From Candidatus Iainarchaeum sp. (GTDB lineage Archaea; Iainarchaeota; Iainarchaeia; Iainarchaeales; JACQJH01): a stretch of DNA of 32,000 nt. Position numbers and translations under genes: made by a program. How positions within the stretch are numbered: position 1 is the stretch's first letter; each line of letters opens with the position of its first letter. The stretch lies in the NCBI GenBank assembly GCA_016205145.1, contig JACQJH010000002.1, positions 450,001 through 482,000 on the forward strand. Reading direction: 5' to 3'. The notes below the pieces were generated by a model. The model was not told the DNA's origin and ran no database searches. It worked only from the letters and a program-made list of their open reading frames with translations. This document shows positions 22,519 through 30,623 of this stretch, piece by piece.

Positions 22519-23295
22519 ATGGGTTTAAGGCCTGGAAAGTGCTATCGTAGCAAGAAGGACAGGGCGTATTCGCGCGTTGCCGTTACTGTGCACCGGCGCA
22601 ACTACATCGGCGCCACGCCCGGCCTGAAGACAAGGCAGTTCAACATGGGCAACCCCCTGCGCAAGTATTCGCACCTGCTCAATCTTGTGGTCGACAGTTC
22701 CGTGCAGATAAGGGACAACGCAATCGAAAGCGCGCGCATTGCAATCAACCGCTATCTGTTCAAGAGGCTCGGCAAGGAAGGCTTTTTCATGAAAATCAGG
22801 AGCTATCCCCACCAGATCCTGCGCGAGAACAAGCAGGCGCAGGGCGCGCACGCGGACAGAATACAGCAGGGCATGTCGCACGCATTCGGAAAGCCCATTG
22901 GCAGGGCCATAAGGGTGAGGCCTGGACAGATAATCGTTTCAGTCCTTGTCGATGAAAAAGGAATTGCCGACGCAAAAAAAGCCCTGATGAGGGCGAATGC
23001 CAGAATGCCGACAGCCATGCACGTTGAAATCCGCACTGACGTTGAATCAATCGGAACCCTTCCGAAAAAGGTCCGCGACATCTCCGAGGAAGTCAAAACC
23101 GAGGAAAAAGCAGCGGAAGGCGCGGAAGCGGAAGGCGCAGAAAAGCCGGCGGAAGCGAAAGGCGGAAAGGAAGCCGCAGGCAAGAAAGGCGAAGCCAAAC
23201 CCGCGGCAGCCGGCAAGGAAGCCGCTCCGAAAAAAGAGGAAAAAGGCGCTGCAAAGCCGGCCGGAAAAGCGCCGGCAAAAGGCAAGGGCAAATAA
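22519..23295 (+). CDS. rpl10e: 50S ribosomal protein uL16 (L10e) with a roughly 73-aa A/K/E/G/P-rich C-terminal extension
   Basis: Begins MGLRPGKCYRSKKDRAYSRVA...RQFNMGNP and contains the core ...GAHADRIQQGMSHAFGKPIGRA. The low-complexity tail starts near residue 186. Confidence 0.92.
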   Translation: MGLRPGKCYRSKKDRAYSRVAVTVHRRNYIGATPGLKTRQFNMGNPLRKYSHLLNLVVDSSVQIRDNAIESARIAINRYLFKRLGKEGFFMKIRSYPHQILRENKQAQGAHADRIQQGMSHAFGKPIGRAIRVRPGQIIVSVLVDEKGIADAKKALMRANARMPTAMHVEIRTDVESIGTLPKKVRDISEEVKTEEKAAEGAEAEGAEKPAEAKGGKEAAGKKGEAKPAAAGKEAAPKKEEKGAAKPAGKAPAKGKGK

Positions 23296-23306
23296 TTTGC
23301 ACAACA

Positions 23307-23324
23307 TTTTCTTTGCTTTTTTTT
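23307..23324 (+). terminator. oligo-T terminator after rpl10e
   Basis: TTTTCTTTGCTTTTTTTT begins 12 nt after the TAA stop. An ATTGCC/GGCAAT hairpin follows. Confidence 0.5.
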
Positions 23325-23348
23325 CAATTGCCCGTATTTCGGCAATAC

Positions 23349-23361
23349 AAAAAATTTTAAA
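23349..23361 (+). promoter_or_regulatory. TATA-like box (AAAAATTTTAAAC) upstream of ppsA
   Basis: Centred about 32 nt upstream of the TTG at 23388. Confidence 0.4.
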
Positions 23362-23387
23362 CCACAACCGCCTTCTTTTATCCGGGT

Positions 23388-25934
23388 TTGGTTGTGGCTG
23401 AAAAAAGCAGGGACATTCTCTGGTTTGCGGACGGCTCACGCTCGGACATACCTGTTCTTGGAGGCAAGGGCGCGAACCTCGCAGAAATGACTAATGCGGA
23501 CTTCCCGGTTCCGAACGGCTTTGTGGTGACGTCGCAGGCCTATTTCAAGTTTTTGGACGAAACCGGAATCAGGCAGCAGGTCGTGAAGCTTGCCGACTCC
23601 ATAGATGTCGATGACACTGCGAGGCTTGAAAGGACTGCCGAACAGATAAGGACAATCGTCAAAAACACGCCCATGTCCGAGGCGCTCAAAATCGGCATCC
23701 GGAAAGCGTACAGGCAGCTCAGCGAAAAAAAGATTGCGTGGATGAACAGTTCCGAACCCGCACTCGTTGCGGTCAGGAGTTCCGCCACGGCTGAAGATCT
23801 TCCGACCGCCAGTTTTGCGGGCCAGCAGGAAACCTACCTGAACATCCAAGGCGACCTGAGCCTGCTCAAGGCCGTGCAGAACTGCTGGGCTTCGCTGTTT
23901 ACGGCGCGCGCAGTCTATTACAGGAAAAAGCAGGGCTTTTCAACGCAGAAAGTAGGCATTGCGGTTGTCGTGCAAAAAATGGTTGAGTCCGACCAGTCGG
24001 GCATAATGTTCACTGCCGACCCTCTTGGCGACAGGTCAAAGATTGTTGTGGAGGCCTGCTTCGGCCTGGGCGAGGCGATTGTCAGCGGCAGCATCACGCC
24101 CGACACTTTCACTTTGGACAAGGAGAGCCTTGACATTCTTGACAGGAAAATCTCCTACCAGGCATGGATGCTGAAAAAGTCTGGCAGGGACAACATGAAA
24201 ATCGCGCTCGACAAGGCGAAAGGCGGAAGGCAGAAAGTGCCGGACGAAACGATCCAGAAAATCGCGGAACTCGGAAGGGAAATTGAAGACCATTACAACG
24301 CGCCGCAGGACATCGAATGGGCAATCGAGGGCGGAAAGATTTTCATTGTGCAGAGCCGCGCAATAACTACATTGGGCCTGGAGAAAAAGGTTGCTGCAGA
24401 AGAAACCAGGGAAAAGTCCGGCGACGCTTCCGGAAAAATCATTGTGAAGGGCCTGGCGGCTTCGCCCGGCATCGCCTCCGGAAAAGTCAAAATCGTGCCC
24501 GACGCAAGGGACGTTGAACTGGTCGGCAAAGGCGACATTCTTGTGACTGTCATGACGAACCCGGACTGGGTGCCGGTGATGCGCAAAAGCTCTGCGATTG
24601 TCACTGATGAAGGCGGAGTGACGTGTCATGCCGCAATAGTGAGCAGGGAACTCGGCATTCCATGCGTTGTAGGCGCAGGCAACGCGACATCCGTGCTGAG
24701 GAATGGAATGATTGTTACCGTGAACGGCTTTGCGGGAACAGTGCTTGAAGGCAGGGCAATTGTTCAACCGGCGCCCCAGAAAGCCGGATTCAAAAAGCCG
24801 CTGTTCGACCAAAGCGAAGTCGACGATTTTGAAAAAGCGTTGGAGGAAAAGATTGCCGCGCTGCATGCAAAGGCCAGGCAAAAAAAATCCGGGGCATTGC
24901 AGGCAAGGGAAAAAGCCGGGCTTGAAGGTGTGGAAAAGCAGGCAGGAAAATTGCTTGGAGAATTCGGAAAAATCGAAGCGGAAAAAATGCCTGAAAAGGC
25001 GCTTGTAAAAGAGGAAGCACTGCTGGAGGGCGTGCTGAGGAAAGCCGCGATCAGCGTGAAAGTGAATGTCGCATTGCCCGACGCTGCTGAAAGGGCTGCC
25101 CAGACCAACGCTGATGGGGTGGGGCTGCTGAGGGCCGAGCATATGATTACGGCGTCAGGAAAGCATCCCGCGGAATTCATCCGCGAGGGAAAAGAAAAAG
25201 AGTTGAAGGAAGCTGTCAAGGAAGGCATACTGAGGGTTGCCTCCGCTTTCAGGGGAAAGCCTGTTTGGTACAGGACATTTGACGCGCGCACCGACGAGTT
25301 CAAGGAACTGGATGGCGGGGACAAGGAACCGGAAGAGGAAAACCCTATGATCGGATGGCATGGCATTCGCCGCGATCTGGACGAGCCGGAACTCCTGAAG
25401 GCGCAGTTTTTGGCGATAAAGGAATTGCGCGAAGAAGGCTACGCGAATGTGGGGGTGATGCTGCCGTTCGTCATAAGGGCAGAAGAAGTGAGAAAGGCGA
25501 AAGAGATTGCGCAAAGCGTGGGCCTTCCTGCGGATGAAATGGAGTTTGGAGTGATGATTGAAACACCGGCGGCGGCGTGGACGATTGACGAGATTATCGG
25601 GGAAGGCATTGCGTTTGTGAGTTTTGGCACAAACGATCTTACACAACTCACTCTAGGCATCGACCGCAACAACGGCAAAATCCAGAAGCTTTTCTCCGAA
25701 CTTCATCCCGCTATTCTCAGGCAGCTGGAATTCGTGATAAAAAAGTGCTCTGCGGCCGGCGTCAAAACCTCGATCTGCGGCCAGGCCGCAAGCAACCCGG
25801 AAATGGTGAAAAAGCTCATCAGGATGGGCATCGGCTCGGTTTCCGCGAACATCGACGCAGTCGAAGAGATTAGGAAGATTGCAATGCTTGAGGAGAAAAA
25901 CCTGATTCTTGAAAAAAGCCGCAAAAATCAGTAA
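23388..25934 (+). CDS. ppsA: phosphoenolpyruvate synthase (pyruvate, water dikinase)
   Basis: Contains ILWF...GGKGANLAEM, VRSSATAEDLPTASFAGQQETYLN, the phosphohistidine motif GGVTCHAAIVSRELGIP, and the C-terminal TIM-barrel motifs GVGLLRAEHM and SFGTNDLTQ. The start must be non-AUG (TTG 23388 or GTG 23394). Confidence 0.92.
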   Translation: MVVAEKSRDILWFADGSRSDIPVLGGKGANLAEMTNADFPVPNGFVVTSQAYFKFLDETGIRQQVVKLADSIDVDDTARLERTAEQIRTIVKNTPMSEALKIGIRKAYRQLSEKKIAWMNSSEPALVAVRSSATAEDLPTASFAGQQETYLNIQGDLSLLKAVQNCWASLFTARAVYYRKKQGFSTQKVGIAVVVQKMVESDQSGIMFTADPLGDRSKIVVEACFGLGEAIVSGSITPDTFTLDKESLDILDRKISYQAWMLKKSGRDNMKIALDKAKGGRQKVPDETIQKIAELGREIEDHYNAPQDIEWAIEGGKIFIVQSRAITTLGLEKKVAAEETREKSGDASGKIIVKGLAASPGIASGKVKIVPDARDVELVGKGDILVTVMTNPDWVPVMRKSSAIVTDEGGVTCHAAIVSRELGIPCVVGAGNATSVLRNGMIVTVNGFAGTVLEGRAIVQPAPQKAGFKKPLFDQSEVDDFEKALEEKIAALHAKARQKKSGALQAREKAGLEGVEKQAGKLLGEFGKIEAEKMPEKALVKEEALLEGVLRKAAISVKVNVALPDAAERAAQTNADGVGLLRAEHMITASGKHPAEFIREGKEKELKEAVKEGILRVASAFRGKPVWYRTFDARTDEFKELDGGDKEPEEENPMIGWHGIRRDLDEPELLKAQFLAIKELREEGYANVGVMLPFVIRAEEVRKAKEIAQSVGLPADEMEFGVMIETPAAAWTIDEIIGEGIAFVSFGTNDLTQLTLGIDRNNGKIQKLFSELHPAILRQLEFVIKKCSAAGVKTSICGQAASNPEMVKKLIRMGIGSVSANIDAVEEIRKIAMLEEKNLILEKSRKNQ

Positions 25935-25942
25935 AGCCAACC

Positions 25943-25951
25943 CTTAAAATC
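25943..25951 (+). promoter_or_regulatory. TATA-like box (CTTAAAATC) upstream of dph2
   Basis: Centred 27 nt upstream of the ATG at 25974. Confidence 0.4.
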
Positions 25952-25973
25952 TTTCCAGAATGCAAAATCATTC

Positions 25974-26975
25974 ATGCTGGACCTCAAACTGGACCTTGAA
26001 GGCCTCTGCGCGGAACTTGAAAAGCGCAAGGCAAAAAAGGTTTTATTGCAATTGCCCGAAGGCCTCAAAACGCGCTCGAACGAAATCGTTGAAAGACTTG
26101 AAAGCCACGGCATTGTTGCAATGCTTTTTGTCGAACCGAGCTTCGGGGCCTGCGACATACGCGAGAACGAGGCGAAAGACCTCGGCTGCGACGTTGTCGT
26201 GCATTTCGGCCACAACCGCTTTTACATGGAAAAGTTTCCGACTGTTTACTGGCCCGTCGAATACGAATTCGACGAAAAAAAGGTCGCCAAGGAAACGGAA
26301 AAACTCGCCGCGTTCCTGGAAAAAAAGGGCTTGACAAAAATCGGCTTGTGCTCTGCTGTGCAGTACGCAAAAACCCTGCCCATTCTCGAAAAGGCGCTTG
26401 GAAAGCATGGCATAAAATGCTTCAATGCAAAAGGCCCGCGCACTCAAGCTGGGCAGGTTCTGGGATGCAACTGTTCGACCGTCGCGTTTGCCGATGAAAA
26501 GGTCGATGCCAACGTTTTCGCGGGCGACGGCGCATTTCATCCATTGATGATTGTTTTCGCCTCGCAGAAGCCGGTTTTCGGCTTCAGTCCGTCTGATGGC
26601 AAAATAACGGATTATTCTGGTGAACGGGAAAAGTTTTTGCGAAAGAGGTTTGCTGCAATCGCAATGGCGCAGGAAGCCAGGATTTTCGGAATCCTCGTCA
26701 GCACGAAAAAGGGGCAGAACATGATAAAAGTCGGGGAGCACGCGAAAATGGAAATCGAAAAAGCCGGAAAAAAGGCAGTCATCATTGCAAGCGACCTTGT
26801 GAAGGAAGACTATCTTGCGGGATTGAAACTTGACGCGCTCGTCGACACTGCCTGCCCGCGCATTGCACTCGACGATTCGCACCTTTTCAAACGGCCCATT
26901 GTGACGCCGCTTGAACTGGAAATAGTTCTGGGCAAAAAAAAGTTCGAAGACTATCTGGCGAACTCGTATTATTGA
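25974..26975 (+). CDS. dph2: 2-(3-amino-3-carboxypropyl)histidine synthase (diphthamide biosynthesis, archaeal Dph2)
   Basis: Contains KKVLLQLPEGLK and FVEPSFGACDI, with three-domain length and conserved Cys residues typical of archaeal Dph2. Confidence 0.87.
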   Translation: MLDLKLDLEGLCAELEKRKAKKVLLQLPEGLKTRSNEIVERLESHGIVAMLFVEPSFGACDIRENEAKDLGCDVVVHFGHNRFYMEKFPTVYWPVEYEFDEKKVAKETEKLAAFLEKKGLTKIGLCSAVQYAKTLPILEKALGKHGIKCFNAKGPRTQAGQVLGCNCSTVAFADEKVDANVFAGDGAFHPLMIVFASQKPVFGFSPSDGKITDYSGEREKFLRKRFAAIAMAQEARIFGILVSTKKGQNMIKVGEHAKMEIEKAGKKAVIIASDLVKEDYLAGLKLDALVDTACPRIALDDSHLFKRPIVTPLELEIVLGKKKFEDYLANSYY

Positions 26976-27029
26976 AAGCGGATTGCATTGCAATTCGGTT
27001 GGCTTTATTGCCGGCCAATCATCGGTTGC

Positions 27030-27884
27030 CTATTCTTCCGCGCTTCCGGCATTCTCGGAAACCGTTGTGCCCTTGAATTCACGGCCCCTGACTGCGGCCT
27101 CAAAGTTGTCAAGGTCGTTGCCGTTCAGGAAAATCGCATTGAGCTTTGAGCGCTTCAGTATGAGCGCCGCGGGAAGGTCCAAGACAAGGTTCTGCCCGGG
27201 CTTGGATTGCGCTACGCGCAGCAAAGAAACCAGGCTTTCGTAGTCGAGCCTGGTGTAAAGCTTTGCGTTCTCGTGCTCTTTCGGGTTCGCATTGTAAATT
27301 CCGTCCACGTCGCTCAGGTTGACGAATGTAGCGTTGAGGCTTTCAGCTATCAGGCAGCCGACCGCGTCGGTAGTGAAGCTTGGAATTAGGCCGCCGAAAA
27401 CCGGGGTCTTTGCCTGCGAGAGCACGAGCTTCGCGTCTTTCGCGTCAACCAGGACTTTTGGATAAGCGTTTTGTATCAGCGGAATGAACAATGCGGCGTT
27501 CGCCCTTGTCACGGCTATGCCGATTTCATCCTGTTCGAAATTGTTGGCGCCATTCGCCTTCGCCGCCGCGACAAAATGCCTTGCCGCCTTGCCGCCCCCC
27601 ACAACTATTGCGAATTTGAAGCCCTCCGCTTGCAGGCGGTTTATGCTTTCAGCAATTTTTGAAATTTTCACGGGGTCGGGCTTAGATGAGGGGCAGAAAA
27701 GCGAGCCGCCGATCGAGAGAACGAAAACGTGCGACGAATCGCCGGGCTGGCCGGAAAAGCCGGAATACTGCATTGAGGCGGCCTGCCGCGCGATGTCATC
27801 GGATTCGGTTTCCGCTTCCTTTTCGGTGCGCTCCATGAACGCGGAGATGTCGGGAAACAAGCCTTTTTCACCGGAAAAAATCAA
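27030..27884 (-). CDS. pyrH: uridylate (UMP) kinase, archaeal type, with an N-terminal extension
   Basis: The amino-acid-kinase fold is shown by VLSIGGS and AIVVGGGKAARHF, plus ...GIAVTRANA... and DVDGIYNANPKE. The start is uncertain: TTG at 27884, ATG at 27836 or ATG at 27773. Confidence 0.85.
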   Translation of the reverse strand: MIFSGEKGLFPDISAFMERTEKEAETESDDIARQAASMQYSGFSGQPGDSSHVFVLSIGGSLFCPSSKPDPVKISKIAESINRLQAEGFKFAIVVGGGKAARHFVAAAKANGANNFEQDEIGIAVTRANAALFIPLIQNAYPKVLVDAKDAKLVLSQAKTPVFGGLIPSFTTDAVGCLIAESLNATFVNLSDVDGIYNANPKEHENAKLYTRLDYESLVSLLRVAQSKPGQNLVLDLPAALILKRSKLNAIFLNGNDLDNFEAAVRGREFKGTTVSENAGSAEE

Positions 27885-27885
27885 T

Positions 27886-27897
27886 AGATATTAATTT
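27886..27897 (+). promoter_or_regulatory. TATA-like box (AGATATTAATTT) for aRF1
   Basis: Centred about 30 nt upstream of the ATG at 27922. Confidence 0.35.
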
Positions 27898-27903
27898 GTT
27901 TGT

Positions 27904-27916
27904 CCTTAAAAAGTAT
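27904..27916 (-). promoter_or_regulatory. TATA-like box (ATACTTTTTAAGG on the minus strand) for pyrH
   Basis: Centred about 26 nt upstream of the minus-strand TTG at 27884. Confidence 0.3.
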
Positions 27917-27921
27917 TTCTC

Positions 27922-29166
27922 ATGGCTGAGAGGGACGAAGCGAAAGGCAACGAGGCAGAGGAAGCTGTTTTCAAGAAAAAGCTGAAAAAGCTTGAAATGT
28001 TCAAGGGCCGCGGCACAGAGCTCATTTCAGTTTACCTGCCATCAGGCGCAGACAGGAGTTCCGTGATGGGGCAGATAAACGAGGAGCTCTCGCAGTCCTC
28101 GAACATCAAAAGCCCGGCGACAAAGAAAAACGTGCAGGGCGCGTTGCGCAAGATCGACGGTTTCCTCAAGCAGATCGACTTCAGGCTGCCGGAAAACGGC
28201 CTTGTCATTTTCTGCGGCAATGTCTCGGAATCCGAGGGAAGGTCGGACATAAAGCTTTTCACGATAAAGCCGCCCAAGCCCCTGAAAGTGAAATTGTACA
28301 GGTGCGATTCGCAGTTGTACCTCGAGCCGTTGCTTGACATGGCGCAGCCGCAGGAATTTTTCGGCATAGTGACTTTGGACAAGAACGAGTCGACAATCGC
28401 GATTCTGGACGGCAAAAAGTACGAGATTCTCGGGCATTTCACTTCGGGAGTTGCGGGAAAATCGAGGGCTGGCGGCCAGTCCGCCAAAAGGTTCGAGCAT
28501 TTGCGCGAGGAAGCGGCGAACGATTTTTTCAAGCGCATCGGCGAAAAAATCAACATGACTTTTCTTGAATTCGGGGACAAGCTGAAGGGCCTTGTCATCG
28601 GCGGCCCCGGCATAACCAAGAACTATTTTTTGAACAAGGACCTCATCGACCACAGGCTCAAGCCCAAAATCCTGGGAACTATTGACACGTCGTATACCGA
28701 TGAGTCCGGCATCCGCGAAACAATCCAGAAAAGCGACGAACTGCTGAAAGACACTGCAATCATAAAGGAAAAGAACCAGATCAACGATTTTCTGGGCCAG
28801 GTAGTGAAAGGGAACCTTGCGACCTACGGCCAGAGGGAAGTCGAGGAAGCGATAAAGATGGGAAGGGTTTCTCTTGCAATAGTCAGCGAGGGCATCGACT
28901 GGATGGTTTACAGGTTCAAGTGCCTGCACTGCGGTTCAATTGAGGAAGTCATTGTGAAGGACGGCAGTTTCAACGTGAACTCATACAAGTGCAAGTCGTG
29001 CGGCTACCAGGATGTCGAGCTTGTAGAGGAAGCGGATTACCTTGACTGGATAATCGAGAAAGCGAAGTCGACCGGCGCAAAGGTCAAGATCATCAGCACT
29101 GAAACCGATGAGGGCGCGCAGTTTTTGCGCGGCTTCGGCGGCATCGGCGCCATACTGAGATACTGA
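27922..29166 (+). CDS. prf1: peptide chain release factor aRF1
   Basis: Contains the NIKS motif (SSNIKSPATKKNV), the GGQ motif (SRAGGQSAKRF) and a C-terminal-domain CxxC...CxxC insert. Confidence 0.93.
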   Translation: MAERDEAKGNEAEEAVFKKKLKKLEMFKGRGTELISVYLPSGADRSSVMGQINEELSQSSNIKSPATKKNVQGALRKIDGFLKQIDFRLPENGLVIFCGNVSESEGRSDIKLFTIKPPKPLKVKLYRCDSQLYLEPLLDMAQPQEFFGIVTLDKNESTIAILDGKKYEILGHFTSGVAGKSRAGGQSAKRFEHLREEAANDFFKRIGEKINMTFLEFGDKLKGLVIGGPGITKNYFLNKDLIDHRLKPKILGTIDTSYTDESGIRETIQKSDELLKDTAIIKEKNQINDFLGQVVKGNLATYGQREVEEAIKMGRVSLAIVSEGIDWMVYRFKCLHCGSIEEVIVKDGSFNVNSYKCKSCGYQDVELVEEADYLDWIIEKAKSTGAKVKIISTETDEGAQFLRGFGGIGAILRY

Positions 29167-29199
29167 AGCAAATTCTTACATGGCGGCAGGCGGTTTTTT

Positions 29200-30462
29200 G
29201 TGGTTTCTGGAAACTTTTTTTCAACCAAAAGCGGGGGCATCGGCGGCCAGCTGAAAAGGCGCTATTCGGATTTCATTGTAGAGGAAATCATGGAGAACGG
29301 CAGGGCCTGCGAAGCCACGAGGTTTCTGGGAAAAAGCGTTGCGCAAAAGCTCTCAATTCCGGGCCGCGAGGACGACAGGAAGCAGAGCCAACTGCACATG
29401 GATTTTGAGAAAATCAACAAGGACATGAATTTCTGCTTTTCCGTGCTGTCAAGGCGCATTGGCTGCAGCAGGAAAAGGTTTGGCTATGCCGGATTGAAGG
29501 ACAAGCGCGGAATAACCTGCCAGCGCATTTCGGTTTTCCAGCCCGACGTGCAAAAGCTTGAATCGTTTTCCGGCCAGGGCATGGAACTCAGAAACCCGGA
29601 ATGGCATCCGGATAGGATTGAAATCGGAATGCTGAAAGGCAACAGGTTCACTATAACCGTGAGGGACATTGCCTTGGAGGAAAATGAAATCCGGGGGCGC
29701 GTGGAAGCCTGCCTTGGCGAAATGGTCGCGGATGGCGTGGCAAACTATTTCGGGGAGCAGCGCTTCGGTGGAATCCGCAGGATAACGCACCTTGTCGGAA
29801 GGGAATTCGTGAAAGGCAACGTCGAAAAGGCGGTGATGCTTTACCTGACTTCGGTTGTGCCCGAAGAAGAGGAGGACGTGAAAAGTGCGAGGATTGCATT
29901 GGCGCAGTCGAATGATTTCGGCGCGGCTCTCAAGAATTTTCCGCAAAAATACAGGTACGAGCGCACCATTGCAGAGCATTTGCATTCCCATCCGAACGAT
30001 TTTGCGGGCGCGTTCAGGAAACTGCCGAAGGCAATGTGCTATCTTTTCACGCACGCGTACCAGAGCTATTTGTTCAACAAAATAATCGACCGCAGGTTCG
30101 AGGAAGGCATCGGCATTTCAAAAACCGACGGAGATGTCCTGCTTGACAATGTTCCATCCGCAATGCTTGCCGGCTATGAAAGCGCTTTTGCCGAGGGAAA
30201 GGCTGGCGCGATAGAGAAAGCCGTGCTGGAAGAGCAAGGCGTTTCGCTTTCGGAGTTCAAAATCGCGAGCATGCCGGAACTTTCGTCCAAGGGTGCGCGC
30301 AAAGCCATTGCATTGTTTCCGGAAAACCCGGAAATCCTTGCCGTGGGGGACGACGAATTCTTTCCGGGCAAAAGATTCTGCACGGTTTCGTTTTCGCTTT
30401 CAAAGGGAAACTATGCAACGACAATCATGCGCGAGATAATGAAAGTGAATGCTCCGGCGTAG
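29200..30462 (+). CDS. truD: tRNA pseudouridine synthase TruD/Pus7 family
   Basis: The N-terminus reads IGGQLKRRYSDFIVEEI. The catalytic Asp motif is GYAGLKDKRGIT, and YFGEQRFG is present. The start is a GTG. Confidence 0.9.
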   Translation: MVSGNFFSTKSGGIGGQLKRRYSDFIVEEIMENGRACEATRFLGKSVAQKLSIPGREDDRKQSQLHMDFEKINKDMNFCFSVLSRRIGCSRKRFGYAGLKDKRGITCQRISVFQPDVQKLESFSGQGMELRNPEWHPDRIEIGMLKGNRFTITVRDIALEENEIRGRVEACLGEMVADGVANYFGEQRFGGIRRITHLVGREFVKGNVEKAVMLYLTSVVPEEEEDVKSARIALAQSNDFGAALKNFPQKYRYERTIAEHLHSHPNDFAGAFRKLPKAMCYLFTHAYQSYLFNKIIDRRFEEGIGISKTDGDVLLDNVPSAMLAGYESAFAEGKAGAIEKAVLEEQGVSLSEFKIASMPELSSKGARKAIALFPENPEILAVGDDEFFPGKRFCTVSFSLSKGNYATTIMREIMKVNAPA

Positions 30463-30488
30463 CCGCCACAACTTGTTATCATGAAAAT

Positions 30489-30548
30489 AAAGCAGATGGG
30501 TATTGCAACGGCAATACCCGTCGTCGCTCCACGCAGCCGAAACTGCGT
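30489..30548 (+). repeat. copy 2 of the two-hairpin structured element
   Basis: Hairpin A spans 30498-30519 (GGGTATTGC-AACG-GCAATACCC). Hairpin B spans 30531-30548 (ACGCAG-CCGAAA-CTGCGT). The flanking blocks are nearly identical to 9924-9987. Confidence 0.6.
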
Positions 30549-30583
30549 AAAGTTAAAAACATCTATCATGGACTTCTTGTACT

Positions 30584-30612
30584 GCCGGCTTTCCGGCTTG
30601 TTTTGCTTTTTT
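30584..30612 (+). terminator. hairpin GCCGG-CTTT-CCGGC followed by a T-rich tract
   Basis: A 5-bp GC stem is followed by TTGTTTTGCTTTTTT. It lies between element copy 2 and the GAGGG ribosome-binding site of the next gene. Confidence 0.45.
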
Positions 30613-30623
30613 GAGGGAAATGG

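Noticed and set aside
23090-23290. Periodic GAAGC/GGCAA/AAAGC purine-rich nucleotide repeats that could be taken for a tandem repeat or CRISPR-like array.
   Set aside because: They lie in frame within the uL16 ORF and encode the A/K/E-rich tail. There is no repeat-spacer architecture.
9924-30548. The direct repeats at 9924-9987 and 30489-30548 might be attL/attR sites of a 20.6-kb integrated element next to a tRNA gene.
   Set aside because: The enclosed segment carries core single-copy housekeeping genes (uL16, ppsA, dph2, pyrH, aRF1, truD). It has no integrase, transposase or conjugation/viral genes. The repeats do not overlap the tRNA. Their internal variation preserves hairpins, which fits a structured element family better than att duplication.
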